A stretch of 64,000 nt of DNA from an uncultured Muribaculaceae bacterium (GCA_910584525.1 CAJUAT010000005.1:5023-69022); one strand, 5' to 3'. Shown: positions 51,650 through 63,225, numbered from the stretch's first letter. The notes: generated by a model from the letters alone, not told the origin. A program made the numbers and translations.

Positions 51650-53413
51650 TCAGACTTTTATATCAATAAGCGGTGCAGGGTTCAGGTAACCGATGTGACC
51701 CGACTCCTTACCGGCGTCGGCGGCGAGCTGCACGTCGATAAGCGCCGGAGCCTTCGACTCAATGGCCTCCTTGAGCGCCGCCTCGTACTCCGCAGGCGTT
51801 GTCACATAGTATGTCCTGGCGCCGAAAGCCTCGCCAAGCTTGTCGTAGCGGGCGTTGACGTCAAGCGTGGTGGGAGCTGGGTCGCTCGTCTTGTCGAGAG
51901 GTTCCCCGATACCGTTGTAGATACCCCCGTTGTTGAAGACGCACACCGTCACCGGCAGCCGGAAACGGCATATCGTGGAGAAATCCATGCCGGAGAAACC
52001 GAATGCAGAGTCGCCGACAATGGCGCACACAGACTTGCCTGTGGCCACGGCGGCACCCACCGCCGAGCCCATGCTCATGCCCATGATGGCCCACGTGGCA
52101 CAGTCTATGCGGTGACGCGGCAGGAACATGTCGATGCTGTCGCGGCAGTCGTCGAGGGTATTGGCCCCTTCGTTGACGAGTATCACGTCGGGATTCGCCT
52201 CCAGCACCTTCTTGGCGGCCGACAATGCGCTCCAATGGTTCATGGGCACAGTCTGCGGCGCCAGACGCTCGGCAAACTTCGCATTCTTCTCCGCACTCTC
52301 CTTCTGCAGGCCGGGCACCCATGCCGGATCCATCGACAGCCCTTCCTTAGCCGGCAGCTTGTCAATAAGGGCACGCAGCGAACTCCTCAGGTCGCCCACC
52401 ACAGGCGCCGCTATATGGCGGTTGCAGTCGATTTCCTGCGGGTCTATGTCGAGCTGTACGAACTGCCCGTCGGGATTCCACTTGCCGTGGCCACGGCTCA
52501 ACAGCCAGTTGAGACGCGCTCCTATCAGCACCACCACATCGCTCTGCTCCATAATGGTGCTGCGTACCGACAAGGCGCTCAACGGCCCGTTGTCGGGCAA
52601 CAGTCCTTTGGCCATCGACATAGGATAATATGGTATTCCCGTCTTGTCGACCAGTTCCTTCACGAGGTCCTCCACCCGGGCATAGGCAGCCCCCTTTCCG
52701 AGGAGGAAGGCCGGCTTCCTGGCGCCGGCAAGCAACTTTGCGGCACGTTCCACGGCCTCGGGTGCCGGCAGCATGGCCGGCGCTATGTCAACAGGCACAT
52801 CCTTCAGCAACGCCTCGGCCTTGTCGCGGTCCACAATCTCGCCCAAGGCTGGTGTGGTTATGTCGAGGTATACGCCGCCGGGACGTCCCGACGCCGCCGC
52901 ACGGAAAGCCCGCACAACTCCTGTGGGTATGTCCTCGGCCTTCAGCACCCTGTAAGCCGCCTTCACTACAGGCTTGGCTACGTTCAGCTGGTCAAGACCC
53001 TCATAGGTGCCCTGCTCCAGGTCTATAGGCTCGCGTACCGAGCTTCCCGATATCTGTACCACCGGGTAACAGTTTACCGTGGCGTTGGCCGTGGCCGTCA
53101 GTCCGTTCATGAAGCCGAGCGACGACACCGTCATGAAGACGCCAGGCTTCCCCGAAACATAACCGTCGGTGGCCGCCGCCATACCCGCCTGCTGCTCATG
53201 ACGGAAACCTACGAAACGTATCCCCTCTCCCTGTATGATATAGGCTGCCTCTGTGATGGGTATCCCTACAAGGCCATACACGTTCTCCACACCCATCATC
53301 TTCAGCGACCGGGCCAGTATGTACATGCCCGTCACCTGCTCCGGAAATTTCGGAGCCGGCTTATCGCACACACATCCACACCCTTCCTTACCAGATTTCA
53401 TATCAGCTTCCAT
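51650..53413 (-). CDS. oxc: Oxalyl-CoA decarboxylase
   Basis: YGLVGIPIT, FRHEQQAG, QGTYEGLDQL, NEGANTLD, TPP motif GDSAFGFSG..NNGGIY, GKESGHI. Confidence 0.95.
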   Translation of the reverse strand: MEADMKSGKEGCGCVCDKPAPKFPEQVTGMYILARSLKMMGVENVYGLVGIPITEAAYIIQGEGIRFVGFRHEQQAGMAAATDGYVSGKPGVFMTVSSLGFMNGLTATANATVNCYPVVQISGSSVREPIDLEQGTYEGLDQLNVAKPVVKAAYRVLKAEDIPTGVVRAFRAAASGRPGGVYLDITTPALGEIVDRDKAEALLKDVPVDIAPAMLPAPEAVERAAKLLAGARKPAFLLGKGAAYARVEDLVKELVDKTGIPYYPMSMAKGLLPDNGPLSALSVRSTIMEQSDVVVLIGARLNWLLSRGHGKWNPDGQFVQLDIDPQEIDCNRHIAAPVVGDLRSSLRALIDKLPAKEGLSMDPAWVPGLQKESAEKNAKFAERLAPQTVPMNHWSALSAAKKVLEANPDVILVNEGANTLDDCRDSIDMFLPRHRIDCATWAIMGMSMGSAVGAAVATGKSVCAIVGDSAFGFSGMDFSTICRFRLPVTVCVFNNGGIYNGIGEPLDKTSDPAPTTLDVNARYDKLGEAFGARTYYVTTPAEYEAALKEAIESKAPALIDVQLAADAGKESGHIGYLNPAPLIDIKV

Positions 53414-53440
53414 AATTAATCGTTGATCACTAATCGTTTA

Positions 53441-54733
53441 TCACTTTTTTACCGGCGCCGTGGTTCCGTTCTTGGCGAAGGCGTCGATCTCAGCCTCCGA
53501 GAAGCCATATTCCTTAAGCACCTCGGCGGTGTTGCCGCCCAGTTCGGGGCAGGGCCCGTAGGTCGGCTGATAGTTCGACATGGTGAAGGGAACGCCCACG
53601 GTCACGAACTCTCCCACCTTGCCCGGCTGGTTGATCTTCACCAGAGTATTGCCGTCGTAGAGGGTCTCGTCGTCCATGATTTCCTTGGTGTTGAGCACGG
53701 GAGCCACAGGCACGGCGGCAGCGGCAAGCTTCTCGGTGACCTGGAACTTGTCGAGGTCATTGTCGAGGATCCATTTCTGCACGCGGTCTATGAGCTGCTG
53801 CTTGTGTTTGTCGCGGGCGTCGGCGGTGTTGAAGTCGGGATTGGTGAGCCAGTCCTCGAAGCCGAATGCCGCCACGGCCTTCTCGAAGTCCTTCTTGCCA
53901 CGCTGGAAGATGATGTAGACATATGCGTTGGCGTCGGTCTCCCAACCTTTGCACTTGTAGGTCCAGCCGAGCACGCCGCTACCCTCGGTGTTGCCGGAAC
54001 GGGGCACGTAGTCGGGGAACTTCTGGTTGGGGTACTGCATGTACTGCGTCAGATAGCCGATCTTGTCGAGGGTCAGCTGGTCGCGGGTCTTGATACGGCA
54101 AAGGTTCAGACAGGCGTTGTGCATCGACTGGTATACGTAGCAACCTTCGCCGGTGCGTTCGCGCTGGGCGAGAGCGGCAAGCAGACCGATGGTCATGTGC
54201 ATGCCGGTGTTGGAGTCGCCGAGGGCGGCACCCGATTGTGTCGGTATGTTGTAGTCGCCGTCATACCAGCCTGTGGTGCTGGCGGCGGCGGCCGTAACCT
54301 GTGCCACAGGCTCATAGGCCTTGAGATGCGCATACTTCGACGACACCGGGAAGCCCTTGATGGTGCCGTAGATACATCTCGGGTTCAGCTTGTGCACGAC
54401 GTCCCAGCCGAAGCCCAGCTTCTCCATGGCTCCCGGATGCAGGTTCTCGATGAAGATATCGGCGGTCTTCAGCAGCCGGGTCATGATCTCCTTGCCGTCG
54501 GGAGTGGCGGCATCAAGAGCCAGAGAACGCTTGTCGGAGTTGAGCTGCAGGAAGTAATAGCTCGGACAGTCGGGGTCGAACTGGAGTTCGTTGCGGGTGG
54601 CGTCGCCGCTCCCAGGACGCTCTATCTTGATGACATCGGCGCCAAGCCATGCCAGCAGCTGGGTGCACGACGGTCCTGACTGTACGTTGGTGAAGTCTAT
54701 AACCTTGATCCCTTGTAACGGTGCTGTATTCAT
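53441..54733 (-). CDS. frc: Formyl-CoA:oxalate CoA-transferase
   Basis: VQSGPSCTQLLAWLGADVIKIERPG; ALGDSNTGMH with the catalytic Asp; NLCRIK.RDQ. Confidence 0.95.
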   Translation of the reverse strand: MNTAPLQGIKVIDFTNVQSGPSCTQLLAWLGADVIKIERPGSGDATRNELQFDPDCPSYYFLQLNSDKRSLALDAATPDGKEIMTRLLKTADIFIENLHPGAMEKLGFGWDVVHKLNPRCIYGTIKGFPVSSKYAHLKAYEPVAQVTAAAASTTGWYDGDYNIPTQSGAALGDSNTGMHMTIGLLAALAQRERTGEGCYVYQSMHNACLNLCRIKTRDQLTLDKIGYLTQYMQYPNQKFPDYVPRSGNTEGSGVLGWTYKCKGWETDANAYVYIIFQRGKKDFEKAVAAFGFEDWLTNPDFNTADARDKHKQQLIDRVQKWILDNDLDKFQVTEKLAAAAVPVAPVLNTKEIMDDETLYDGNTLVKINQPGKVGEFVTVGVPFTMSNYQPTYGPCPELGGNTAEVLKEYGFSEAEIDAFAKNGTTAPVKK

Positions 54734-54848
54734 AGTAGTACTAATTAAGATTTATATATTCGGATTTTGCCGACGGCTCTCCACAGTAAAGGCCGTCACG
54801 CTGTTATAACGTCACGGCCTTCAGTATTGTTTATAAGCTTACACTATG

Positions 54849-56066
54849 TTACTTCCCGTCGCTTTCGCGGGTGAAGATATGTCTCAGTTTAGAGAATATC
54901 CTGTCGGAAGTGGCTTTTGTAGGCACGATATTGGGGCTTTCCTTAAGGCTCTCCACAGCCGCTTTCTCGGCATCTGTAAGGTTCTCGGGCACGTACACCA
55001 TCACGTTGACGAGCAGGTCGCCCACATGGCTGGAGTTGAGTTTCGGCAGGCCCTTGCCGCGCAGACGCAGCACCTTGCCTGGCTGTGTGCCCGGGGTAAT
55101 CTTTATTCTTGCCTTTCCATCGATGGTAGGCACTTCGGCCGTGCCGCCGAGAGCCGCCGTCGGGAAGTCGAGCATCAGATTGTAGATAAGGTCGCTGTCG
55201 TCGCGGATAAGCTCGGGATCCTTCTCTTCCTGGATTTTGATGAGGAGGTCGCCGTTGACGCCGCCGCCTCGCGGAGCGTTACCCTTGCCGCGCAGGGTGA
55301 GCACTATGCCGTCTTCAACGCCCGCAGGTATATGGAAGCTCACTATCTGCTCCTTCTTCTCTACGCCCGTGCCGTTACAGTAGCTGCAAGGTTCGGTGAT
55401 CACCTTCCCTTCGCCGTTGCATTCCGGGCATACCGACTGGCTCTGCACGGCGCCTATGAATGTCTGCTGGACGCTGGTGACATAACCCGTGCCGTTGCAT
55501 CGCGAACAGGTGTGGAAAGCGGTGCCATCCTTGGCACCCGTACCTTTGCAATGCTCGCAGGCCACAAGCATCGGCAGCTTTATCTTCTTGTCGACGCCAT
55601 CCTTGATATCCTTGAGCGTCACCTTTACGGTGATACGCAGGTCTGTTCCTTTGTTGACATGCTTGCGAGGTCTGGCACCCGTGGCGCCGCCGAAGCCGCC
55701 ATCCTCATAACCGCCGAAATGGCCGCCGAAGATATCCCCGAAATGCGCGAAGATATCCTCCATCGACATATTTCCGCCGAAGCCGCTGAAACCGCCATAG
55801 CCTCCCTGGGCGCCATAACCGCCGCCAAAGCCCTGCGGACCCATGGAATGACCATATTTGTCATAGCGCGCGCGTTTCTCCGCGTCGCTCAAAACATCAT
55901 AGGCCTCGGCTGCCTCCTTGAATTTTTCCTCCGCAGTCTTGTCGCCCGGGTTCTTGTCCGGATGGTATTTGATTGCCAGCTTGCGGTAGGCCTTCTTCAG
56001 CTCATCGGCTGTTGCGTCGCGCCCTACGCCAAGCACTTCATAATAATCTCTTTTCTGTTCTGCCAT
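54849..56066 (-). CDS. dnaJ: Chaperone DnaJ
   Basis: J-domain HPD, G/F-rich region, four CxxCxGxG repeats. Confidence 0.98.
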   Translation of the reverse strand: MAEQKRDYYEVLGVGRDATADELKKAYRKLAIKYHPDKNPGDKTAEEKFKEAAEAYDVLSDAEKRARYDKYGHSMGPQGFGGGYGAQGGYGGFSGFGGNMSMEDIFAHFGDIFGGHFGGYEDGGFGGATGARPRKHVNKGTDLRITVKVTLKDIKDGVDKKIKLPMLVACEHCKGTGAKDGTAFHTCSRCNGTGYVTSVQQTFIGAVQSQSVCPECNGEGKVITEPCSYCNGTGVEKKEQIVSFHIPAGVEDGIVLTLRGKGNAPRGGGVNGDLLIKIQEEKDPELIRDDSDLIYNLMLDFPTAALGGTAEVPTIDGKARIKITPGTQPGKVLRLRGKGLPKLNSSHVGDLLVNVMVYVPENLTDAEKAAVESLKESPNIVPTKATSDRIFSKLRHIFTRESDGK

Positions 56067-56089
56067 AATTCAGGGGCATTAGAGCCGGT

Positions 56090-56770
56090 TTACTGGCCTA
56101 CGGCCACCTTGGCGTGGCGCAGTACCTTGTCGTTTATCATATAACCTTTCTCCACGGCGTCGAGCACCTTCCCTTTCTGCGATTCGTCGGCTACCGGTAC
56201 CATAGCCACCGCCTCCTGAAGGTCGGAATCGAAAGGCTCGCCGACACATTCCATCTCCTTGACGCCGTTCTGCTCCATATACTTCTTGAGCTTCTTGTAT
56301 ATGAGCTCCATACCTTCGCGCAAGGCTGCAGCATCCTCCGTCTTCTCGCCGTGGGCTATCGCACGCTCCATGTCGTCGACTATCGGCAACAGTCCCTTGA
56401 AAACATTCTCCGCCGCATTCTTTATAAGCTCCGTGCGCTGCTTCAACGCATTCTTCTTATAATTGTCGAAATCGGCCATCAGGAACATGTAGTCCTTCTT
56501 CTCCTTTTCCAGCTGCGTCTTAAGCGTCTCCACTTCTGCGGTGAGCTTCTCGGTCTCGGTGAGTTCCTCGGCAGCCTCTTCGGCCACCACTCCCTCATCC
56601 TCCGTGTCGGCCGCCGGTGTAGAGTCTATTTCGTCGGTTATAACTGCATCTTCCGGCTCCTCAATCTTGCCGGTTTCATTATTATTTATCTTCTCTTCCA
56701 TATCATTGTTTCCATTACGGCCCTCATCTGCTCCATGCGAGCCATGAAAACGGCGTTTGTTTTTCTTCAT
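56090..56770 (-). CDS. grpE: Nucleotide exchange factor GrpE (start may be 56701)
   Basis: ADFDNYKK, LLPIVDDMERA, KGYMINDKVLRHAKVAV. Confidence 0.96.
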   Translation of the reverse strand: MKKNKRRFHGSHGADEGRNGNNDMEEKINNNETGKIEEPEDAVITDEIDSTPAADTEDEGVVAEEAAEELTETEKLTAEVETLKTQLEKEKKDYMFLMADFDNYKKNALKQRTELIKNAAENVFKGLLPIVDDMERAIAHGEKTEDAAALREGMELIYKKLKKYMEQNGVKEMECVGEPFDSDLQEAVAMVPVADESQKGKVLDAVEKGYMINDKVLRHAKVAVGQ

Positions 56771-56774
56771 AGTA

Positions 56775-56792
56775 TTGCAAATATTATGCCAA
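56775..56792 (-). promoter_or_regulatory. sigma54-type -24/-12 site upstream of grpE-dnaJ
   Basis: TTGGCATAATATTTGCAA: GG-N10-GC. Confidence 0.55.
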
Positions 56793-56862
56793 CAAGTGTT
56801 AATTCACTCCTGCCCACTCCCACAATCTCCATAATATTTTCTCCGGGAGTCCGACAGGTTTC

Positions 56863-57735
56863 TTATAGAGACAACAAATATGAAGCCTCGATAGTTGGAG
56901 AAGCGGCAAATTCGCGGTCGGCTGCGGCAGCCATGGCCTTGTCGGCGAAAATGCCGTAGAGCGACGACCCGCTGCCCGTCATCGACGCATACAGCGCCCC
57001 GTCTTCGTAAAGCCTCTCCTTGACAGCCGCCAGCAACGGGTATTGCGGGAAGATACTTTTCTCGAAATCATTCACGGCCAGCCTGCGCCATTCCTCCACC
57101 GGATATTCGGGCAACCGCCGCAGGTCGAAATCGGCCGGTGCCGCCTTCACTCCGGCGAATGCCTCTCTGGTGGAGACACTAACCTTAGGCTTGACAAGCA
57201 CAAGCCAATAACCTGCAAGGTCAAGACCGGGCACATACTCAAGCAATTCCCCTACCCCGGCGGCATACATGGGCCGGTTATAGATGAAGAAGGGGCAGTC
57301 GGCTCCCAGCCGCAATGCCAGCGCCGCCAGCTCCCCGGCCGACGCCTCTCTGTCAAGCGCCGACAACATCATCAGTGTAAAAGAGGCATCAGCACTACCG
57401 CCACCGCACCCGGCTCCGTCGGGTAGATGCTTCTCAAGGTATATGTCGGCGCCGAAGTCGCCGCCGCCAAGCTCCCTGAAATATAATTCCGCGGCTCGGT
57501 GCACAAGGTTCTTTTCCGGAGCACAGTCCACTCTCCTGCCGCCCAGATGAAGCGTGAAGCCTTTCTCCGCACGCGGTATCACCTCCAAAATATCGCAGAA
57601 GGGCGTAGGATTCTCCGGCAGCCCTGCCTTCATGCCCACCGGATAAAAAAGGGTCTCCAGATTGTGGTACCCGTCGCTGCGACGTCCCACAATCCGGAGG
57701 CCTATATTAATTTTTGCGTTTACAAAATTTATCAT
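56863..57735 (-). CDS. ispE: 4-diphosphocytidyl-2-C-methyl-D-erythritol kinase
   Basis: AKINIGL, DGYHNLET, GAGCGGGSADA, LGADCPFF, SMTGSGS; TAATG overlap with the upstream gene. Confidence 0.96.
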   Translation of the reverse strand: MINFVNAKINIGLRIVGRRSDGYHNLETLFYPVGMKAGLPENPTPFCDILEVIPRAEKGFTLHLGGRRVDCAPEKNLVHRAAELYFRELGGGDFGADIYLEKHLPDGAGCGGGSADASFTLMMLSALDREASAGELAALALRLGADCPFFIYNRPMYAAGVGELLEYVPGLDLAGYWLVLVKPKVSVSTREAFAGVKAAPADFDLRRLPEYPVEEWRRLAVNDFEKSIFPQYPLLAAVKERLYEDGALYASMTGSGSSLYGIFADKAMAAAADREFAASPTIEASYLLSL

Positions 57736-60545
57736 TATTCCTGAGATTCCATGAGTTCGAAGCCGAAATCCTGACCCTTGCGGATCATGGGGACTCCCTC
57801 CTTCATCCACTTGGGCATCGGGTCTCCTTTCAGGTAATGGTCGAAGAACTGCTGGAGGCGACGTGTGATGTCCTTGCGGTTCTTGCGGGCCTTGATGTTA
57901 TGTGCCTCGCCATTGTACTGGAGCATCCATACCGGTTTCTGGAGACGGCGGAGAGCCATGAACATCTCGATACCCTGGTACCATGGCACGGCGCCGTCGG
58001 CATCGTTGTGCATGATGAGCAGCGGGGTCTTGACCCTGTCGGCGAAGAATACCGGCGAGTTGGCTATGTACTGGTGAGTCATGTCCCAGAGGTTGCCGCC
58101 GATACGGCTCTGGCCCTGCTCGTACTGGGCCTGTCGCGACGAGCCGCTTTCCCAGCGTATGCCGCCGTATGCCGACGTCATGTTGGCAACAGGCGCTCCC
58201 GAACCGGCACACGCGAACATGTCGGTGCGAGTCACCAGATATGATGTCTGGTAGCCGCCCCAGCTCTGTCCGTCGATGCCTACACGCTTCGCGTCTATCC
58301 ACGGATAACGGCGGCACATCTCCTCAACGCCGCTGCATACATAGTTGTAGCAGTCCTCGCCGGGGCGTCCCGATGTATAATGGATGTCGGGAACGAATAT
58401 CACATATCCACGGCTCACATAGAAGGGATAGTTCACCCAGCTCCACGACGGCTCCATGGTATAGTGACGGTAAAGGTCCTCCGTACCTGTCTCGTAGAAG
58501 ACGCTGAGCATGGGATATTGTTTCGAGGTGTCGATATCCTCCGGTACGTAAAGTACTCCTTCGGCCGGCTTGCCGTCATAGGTGTACCATTTAACATGCT
58601 GAGCCGTTCCCCAGCGGAAGTTCTTCAGCTGGTCGTTGACGTTTGTCCACTGACGTGCGCGTGCGAAGTCGGTGCCGTTGCTCACCCATATCTCCGGAAT
58701 CTCGGAGAAGTTGCCGCGCTGCCATGTGAAGACAGGTGCGTTTTTGGCGGCGGCGACACGCGTGTAGGCATGTCCATCGAGCACCGACATATGCGGCGCC
58801 GATGCCTTGCCGTAACGCGTCCAGCCCAGTCCGTTGTATTTGTCCTTGTAGTCGTAAAGATCCAGCAGCATAAGGTCGCCGACGGCGAGGCTGCGCCGCT
58901 CCGGGTCGGTGTTGCGGTATCTTATGCGCACGCCGCGTTTCGCACCTTCACCTGCCGTAAGATTCTCGGCCTTAGCCTTACCCTGCGGGTCTACACTCCA
59001 TATATCCGTCTTGTCATAGAGGAGTATGCGGCTGTCGTTGTCGCTCCAGCCGGCAATTCCCCATGGCTGCGATGGCGACGGATGCTCGTCAAGCGTGTCC
59101 CACAACTCCGCCGGCACCGTCGCGCTTACCTCCGCGGTCGTTGACGCCGCGATGTCGTAGACATTCCATTTGCGGTCGGCAAACCATGCCACATACCTTC
59201 CTTTCGGTGACATCTCCGGCTCTATCGAGCACATGTATCTGCCAACCTCCTTACGGGTGCCGTTGTTGACGTTGACCACATACATGCGCGTGGGCACGAA
59301 GTAGTCCCACTGTTCCTGCGTCATCGTTTCCGTAGGGTCGGCCACGAGTGCCCAGTCGGCGTCCCAGCGGTCGCCGCCGGTCACTTTCTCCAGTATATTG
59401 TCGCTGAGGAGGGTCGCTTTCCACGTGCCGAGGTCCACGGCCACCGGCAGCGACGCCTTGCGTATCTTGTCGAGGACATGCTTCTCCTGCGGCGGCGTCA
59501 TCGGCGAATCCCAGCGCCATATGTCCAGCTTGCCCGTCTCGAAGTCATGTATAGTGGTGTCGTCGGGAGCTATCACGGGAGCCACGCCCGCAATCAGTCT
59601 CTTGCCCGACCGCGAGAACTCCAGCGTCGTGTACTGGTTGGGTCGCAACGTCGCGCCGCGTCCATCCTTGAACTCCAGCATCACCCGGCGCGGGCTCTCC
59701 AGGTCGTGACGCAGGTCGCTGACGTATACGCCGCACTCCTTGGTGCCGCTCGCCACCGTGTCGCGGCTGCTCGTGTAGGCGAGGCGCCCGCCGTCATAGC
59801 TGAACACCGGCTCGCCGTAGAAGTCGCAGTCACGGTCTATGACTATATAGCTCGTGTCAGGGAAGGATATGATGCCCACGCTTTTGGTGGTGACCGTATC
59901 CTTCTTGTTTTTGGTGATGGTCAGTGCCATCTTGCCGCCGTCGCGGCTGAATACCCAGTTGTCGACATTCTTGACGACTTTCTGCGCGCCTGTGGTCATG
60001 TCGAGCACCACCACCGGACGGCCACCCTTCTTGTCGGCAAGTTCCTTGGGCTTTATATAAGCGGTGTCGGCCGATTTCCAGGCTACCCAGTCGCCGCCGT
60101 CGCGCCCTATCTTATAGCCGAGCACCGACCCTATCTTCCTGACCTTCATCGTGCCGAGGTCCACGATAGCCAGCGAGTCCTTCGGCATCTCATGGTCCTT
60201 TTTCTTGTCGATTTTGGCCTTGCGTGTCACGGCATACTCGGGCTTTATGAGAGCCACGCCATAGCGGCCGTCGGCCGTGAACTGCGGCTTGTAGCCACGG
60301 GCTATCATTATCTCCTTGCCGCTACGGGTATTGCGGAAATACATCTCGCCATCGCCCTCCTGCGGATTCACCGCATAGGCCGACCATTTGCCGTCGCGGC
60401 TTAGGCCATAGTTCACAACCCCCTTCCACGAGTCCATGTCCTCATGACTCAAGGCACGCTTCTCTCCGCGACCTGCCGTTGCCGTCAGCAGCAACGCCGC
60501 CGCAAGCACTATATATCTTCCTGCTTTCATCTCCATACGGCTCAT
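57735..60545 (-). CDS. S9 family (prolyl oligopeptidase-like) secreted peptidase
   Basis: Signal peptide, beta-propeller region, [21 protein letters not shown]. Confidence 0.92.
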   Translation of the reverse strand: MSRMEMKAGRYIVLAAALLLTATAGRGEKRALSHEDMDSWKGVVNYGLSRDGKWSAYAVNPQEGDGEMYFRNTRSGKEIMIARGYKPQFTADGRYGVALIKPEYAVTRKAKIDKKKDHEMPKDSLAIVDLGTMKVRKIGSVLGYKIGRDGGDWVAWKSADTAYIKPKELADKKGGRPVVVLDMTTGAQKVVKNVDNWVFSRDGGKMALTITKNKKDTVTTKSVGIISFPDTSYIVIDRDCDFYGEPVFSYDGGRLAYTSSRDTVASGTKECGVYVSDLRHDLESPRRVMLEFKDGRGATLRPNQYTTLEFSRSGKRLIAGVAPVIAPDDTTIHDFETGKLDIWRWDSPMTPPQEKHVLDKIRKASLPVAVDLGTWKATLLSDNILEKVTGGDRWDADWALVADPTETMTQEQWDYFVPTRMYVVNVNNGTRKEVGRYMCSIEPEMSPKGRYVAWFADRKWNVYDIAASTTAEVSATVPAELWDTLDEHPSPSQPWGIAGWSDNDSRILLYDKTDIWSVDPQGKAKAENLTAGEGAKRGVRIRYRNTDPERRSLAVGDLMLLDLYDYKDKYNGLGWTRYGKASAPHMSVLDGHAYTRVAAAKNAPVFTWQRGNFSEIPEIWVSNGTDFARARQWTNVNDQLKNFRWGTAQHVKWYTYDGKPAEGVLYVPEDIDTSKQYPMLSVFYETGTEDLYRHYTMEPSWSWVNYPFYVSRGYVIFVPDIHYTSGRPGEDCYNYVCSGVEEMCRRYPWIDAKRVGIDGQSWGGYQTSYLVTRTDMFACAGSGAPVANMTSAYGGIRWESGSSRQAQYEQGQSRIGGNLWDMTHQYIANSPVFFADRVKTPLLIMHNDADGAVPWYQGIEMFMALRRLQKPVWMLQYNGEAHNIKARKNRKDITRRLQQFFDHYLKGDPMPKWMKEGVPMIRKGQDFGFELMESQE

Positions 60546-61744
60546 ACATTATGAAGGTTATGACCCATGCGCTCCTTCTTGGTCTTCATGTAGAAGCGGT
60601 TGTATTCGTTGGGTTCTATTTCGAGGGGTATGATCTCAGTGATTTCGAGTCCGTAGCCGCCAAGACCGATACGCTTCATGGGATTGTTGGTCATAAGCCT
60701 CATCCTCTTGATGCCGAGGGAGTGTAGGATATTGGCTCCCACGCCATAGTCGCGTTCGTCGGCACGGTGGCCGAGGTGAATATTGGCCTCCACGGTATCC
60801 ATGCCGTTCTCCTGAAGCTTGTAGGCTTTGATCTTATCCATTAGACCGATACCTCGGCCCTCCTGGTTGAGATAAATCACGGCGCCGCGGCCCTCCTTTT
60901 CGATGGCCTGCATGGCCTTGTGGAGCTGCTGGCCGCATTCGCAGCGCAGCGAGCCGAAGATGTCGCCGGTGGCGCAACTCGAATGCACACGCACAAGCAC
61001 CGGCTCATCGCCCCCAAGGTCGCCCTTGACCAGCGCTATATGCTCCAGACCGTTGTCTTTCTGTCGGAAGGGTATCAGATGAAAGTTGCCCCATTCCGTG
61101 GGGAGCTTCACCTCCTCGCCACGCTCCACGAGAGAGTCGTTTTTCAGACGGTAGGCTATTAGGTCGTTGATGCTTATGAGCTTGAGACCCCATTCGCGGG
61201 CGCGCTCACGCAATTCGGGGAGACGGGCCATGGTGCCGTCGTCGTTCATAATTTCCATGAGCACTCCTGCAGGCTGAAGGCCGGCAAGACGGCAGAGGTC
61301 CACGGAAGCTTCCGTATGTCCGGCACGCTGCAGCACGCCGCGGTCCTGGGCATACAGCGGATTGATATGTCCGGGGCGGCCGAAAGTCGCGGGCACCGAC
61401 GCCGGGTCAGCAAGAGCACGCAACGTAGCCGCACGGTCGTGGGCCGACACTCCTGTGGTGCAGCCCTCAAGCTTGTCGACAGTCACTGTAAACGGCGTCC
61501 CAAGCATCGACGTGTTGTCGCTGACCTGCTTGTCGAGCTGAAGCTCCTTGCACCTGGCCTCCGTGACCGGGGCACATAGCACTCCACGTGCATTCTTGAG
61601 CATGAAGTTCACATCCTCCGGAGTGATCTTCTCCGCCGCCATGATGAGGTCGCCCTCATTCTCGCGGTCTTCGTCGTCCACTACTATCACCATCTTGCCC
61701 TGACGTATATCCTCTATGGCTTCTTCTATCCTGTCAAGCTTCAT
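60542..61744 (-). CDS. ribBA: Bifunctional DHBP synthase / GTP cyclohydrolase II
   Basis: [43 protein letters not shown]. Confidence 0.97.
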   Translation of the reverse strand: MKLDRIEEAIEDIRQGKMVIVVDDEDRENEGDLIMAAEKITPEDVNFMLKNARGVLCAPVTEARCKELQLDKQVSDNTSMLGTPFTVTVDKLEGCTTGVSAHDRAATLRALADPASVPATFGRPGHINPLYAQDRGVLQRAGHTEASVDLCRLAGLQPAGVLMEIMNDDGTMARLPELRERAREWGLKLISINDLIAYRLKNDSLVERGEEVKLPTEWGNFHLIPFRQKDNGLEHIALVKGDLGGDEPVLVRVHSSCATGDIFGSLRCECGQQLHKAMQAIEKEGRGAVIYLNQEGRGIGLMDKIKAYKLQENGMDTVEANIHLGHRADERDYGVGANILHSLGIKRMRLMTNNPMKRIGLGGYGLEITEIIPLEIEPNEYNRFYMKTKKERMGHNLHNV

Positions 61745-61812
61745 TTTATGTGGGTTTTATGGGTGTTTCTTTTTGATTTCTGTTAAGAGCGTGTTCCTTT
61801 CCCGTCGTTTCC

Positions 61813-62349
61813 CTATGGTTTGCGGAAGAAAGAGAAATTCACGCTGCCGTAAGCTCGTTTCTGCTCGAAGCCGGGTATGTCGCTGAAGTCGTGTGAGGCA
61901 TTATGCTCCACAATCACGAGCGTTCCCGGCCGGGCTGCCTGACTCTCGAGAATCAGCGAGGGTATCTCGGCAAAACGCGGATGGGTATATGGCGGATCGG
62001 CGAAGATTATGTCGTAATCGCGGCGCGGACGCGCCAGAAAACGGAACACATCGCCACGAAACAGCTCCAGCGAGTCGTCGCCAAGCTTCTCCTTTACCGA
62101 CAATATGAACCGGCTCTGCACCGGTGCCTCCTCCACGGCCGTGACGCTCCGCGCTCCGCGAGACACAAACTCCCAGGATATCGCGCCCGTCCCGGCAAAC
62201 AGGTCCAGTACGCTCTTCCCTTCTATTTCATCCTGATTCTCCAGGATGTTGAAGAGATTCTCCCTGGCGAAGTCGGTGGTGGGACGTGCCGTGATGTTCT
62301 TGGGAACATCAAAGCGCCGGCGCCCATATTTTCCTCTTATTATCCGCAT
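61813..62349 (-). CDS. rsmD: 16S rRNA m2G966 methyltransferase
   Basis: MRIIRG, RPTTD, LDLFAGTG, DPPY. Confidence 0.93.
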   Translation of the reverse strand: MRIIRGKYGRRRFDVPKNITARPTTDFARENLFNILENQDEIEGKSVLDLFAGTGAISWEFVSRGARSVTAVEEAPVQSRFILSVKEKLGDDSLELFRGDVFRFLARPRRDYDIIFADPPYTHPRFAEIPSLILESQAARPGTLVIVEHNASHDFSDIPGFEQKRAYGSVNFSFFRKP

Positions 62350-62359
62350 GATTTCTTTC

Positions 62360-63178
62360 TTACAGTTCGCCTCTCATGAGCAGAGCGGCGGTCAGCGACA
62401 TGCCGGCCTGTGTGGCTATGCCGGGCACCATCGTCATCATCACGTATGCCACTCTGTCGCGGAGGCCGCGAAGCAGTATCCCTTTCTCTTCCTTGAGGCC
62501 CGACAGCGACACCTGTACCGACGCCGGGTCCAGACCGTAGACATCCAGCAGGTTGAAGAGCCGGTAACGGATATCTTCCGTGTCATGCCAGTCGTGGGTA
62601 ACGGCCATGAGCAGTTTCTTGCCGTCGACGGCCACAAAGTCTGCCCATCCTGCCCGGATGTTGACGTATACCACGGGCATATCGGAGCCTCTGTCGCCAA
62701 GGCGTTTCACGAGCACCGTCTGATGACACCGTATGCGTGCTCCGGCAAACGTGCGCTGAAGGAAGCCTTTAACACCCGGAGTAAGACTGTAGATGCATAC
62801 CCGTCCATCCTGATAGTCGCACATCACATCCTCCTCGTCGGCGGCATATACCGAATTGAAAATCTTCACAGCCGGGTCGCTGTCACTGTCGACGACGCTT
62901 TCCGGAGCCCATAACGCCGTCGGCGTCACCAACGCTATGTCGGCCGAGAAATCGTCAAGAAGCTGCGGATGGTCATAGACGGCATTCTCTATCTTCTCCA
63001 GCAAGGGCGTGCCGTCGGCACTCCACTCCTCCTGCAGCAATACCGACACGCCGGCCATCGGATCCTCCACATTGCGCAGATAGGCCTCGATGCCTCCCGA
63101 CGACAATACCATAACCAGCCGCCAGTCCGACGGGTCGCCGATCCGTATGGCACGATATGTATCTTCGCTTGTTACCAT
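62360..63178 (-). CDS. DUF3822-like hypothetical protein
   Basis: Position upstream of rsmD, as is usual in Bacteroidales; LEKIENAVYDHPQLL motif. Confidence 0.6.
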   Translation of the reverse strand: MVTSEDTYRAIRIGDPSDWRLVMVLSSGGIEAYLRNVEDPMAGVSVLLQEEWSADGTPLLEKIENAVYDHPQLLDDFSADIALVTPTALWAPESVVDSDSDPAVKIFNSVYAADEEDVMCDYQDGRVCIYSLTPGVKGFLQRTFAGARIRCHQTVLVKRLGDRGSDMPVVYVNIRAGWADFVAVDGKKLLMAVTHDWHDTEDIRYRLFNLLDVYGLDPASVQVSLSGLKEEKGILLRGLRDRVAYVMMTMVPGIATQAGMSLTAALLMRGEL

Positions 63179-63194
63179 ATCTACTTTGGCTCCT

Positions 63195-63225
63195 TTTATC
63201 TTTAGCTTTAGCTTTATCTTTAGCC
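63195..63225. repeat. Hexamer tandem repeat TTTA(G/T)C, five copies
   Basis: tttatc tttagc tttagc tttatc tttagc in the DUF3822 leader; -7 element TAATTTTG at 63261-63254. Confidence 0.75.
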
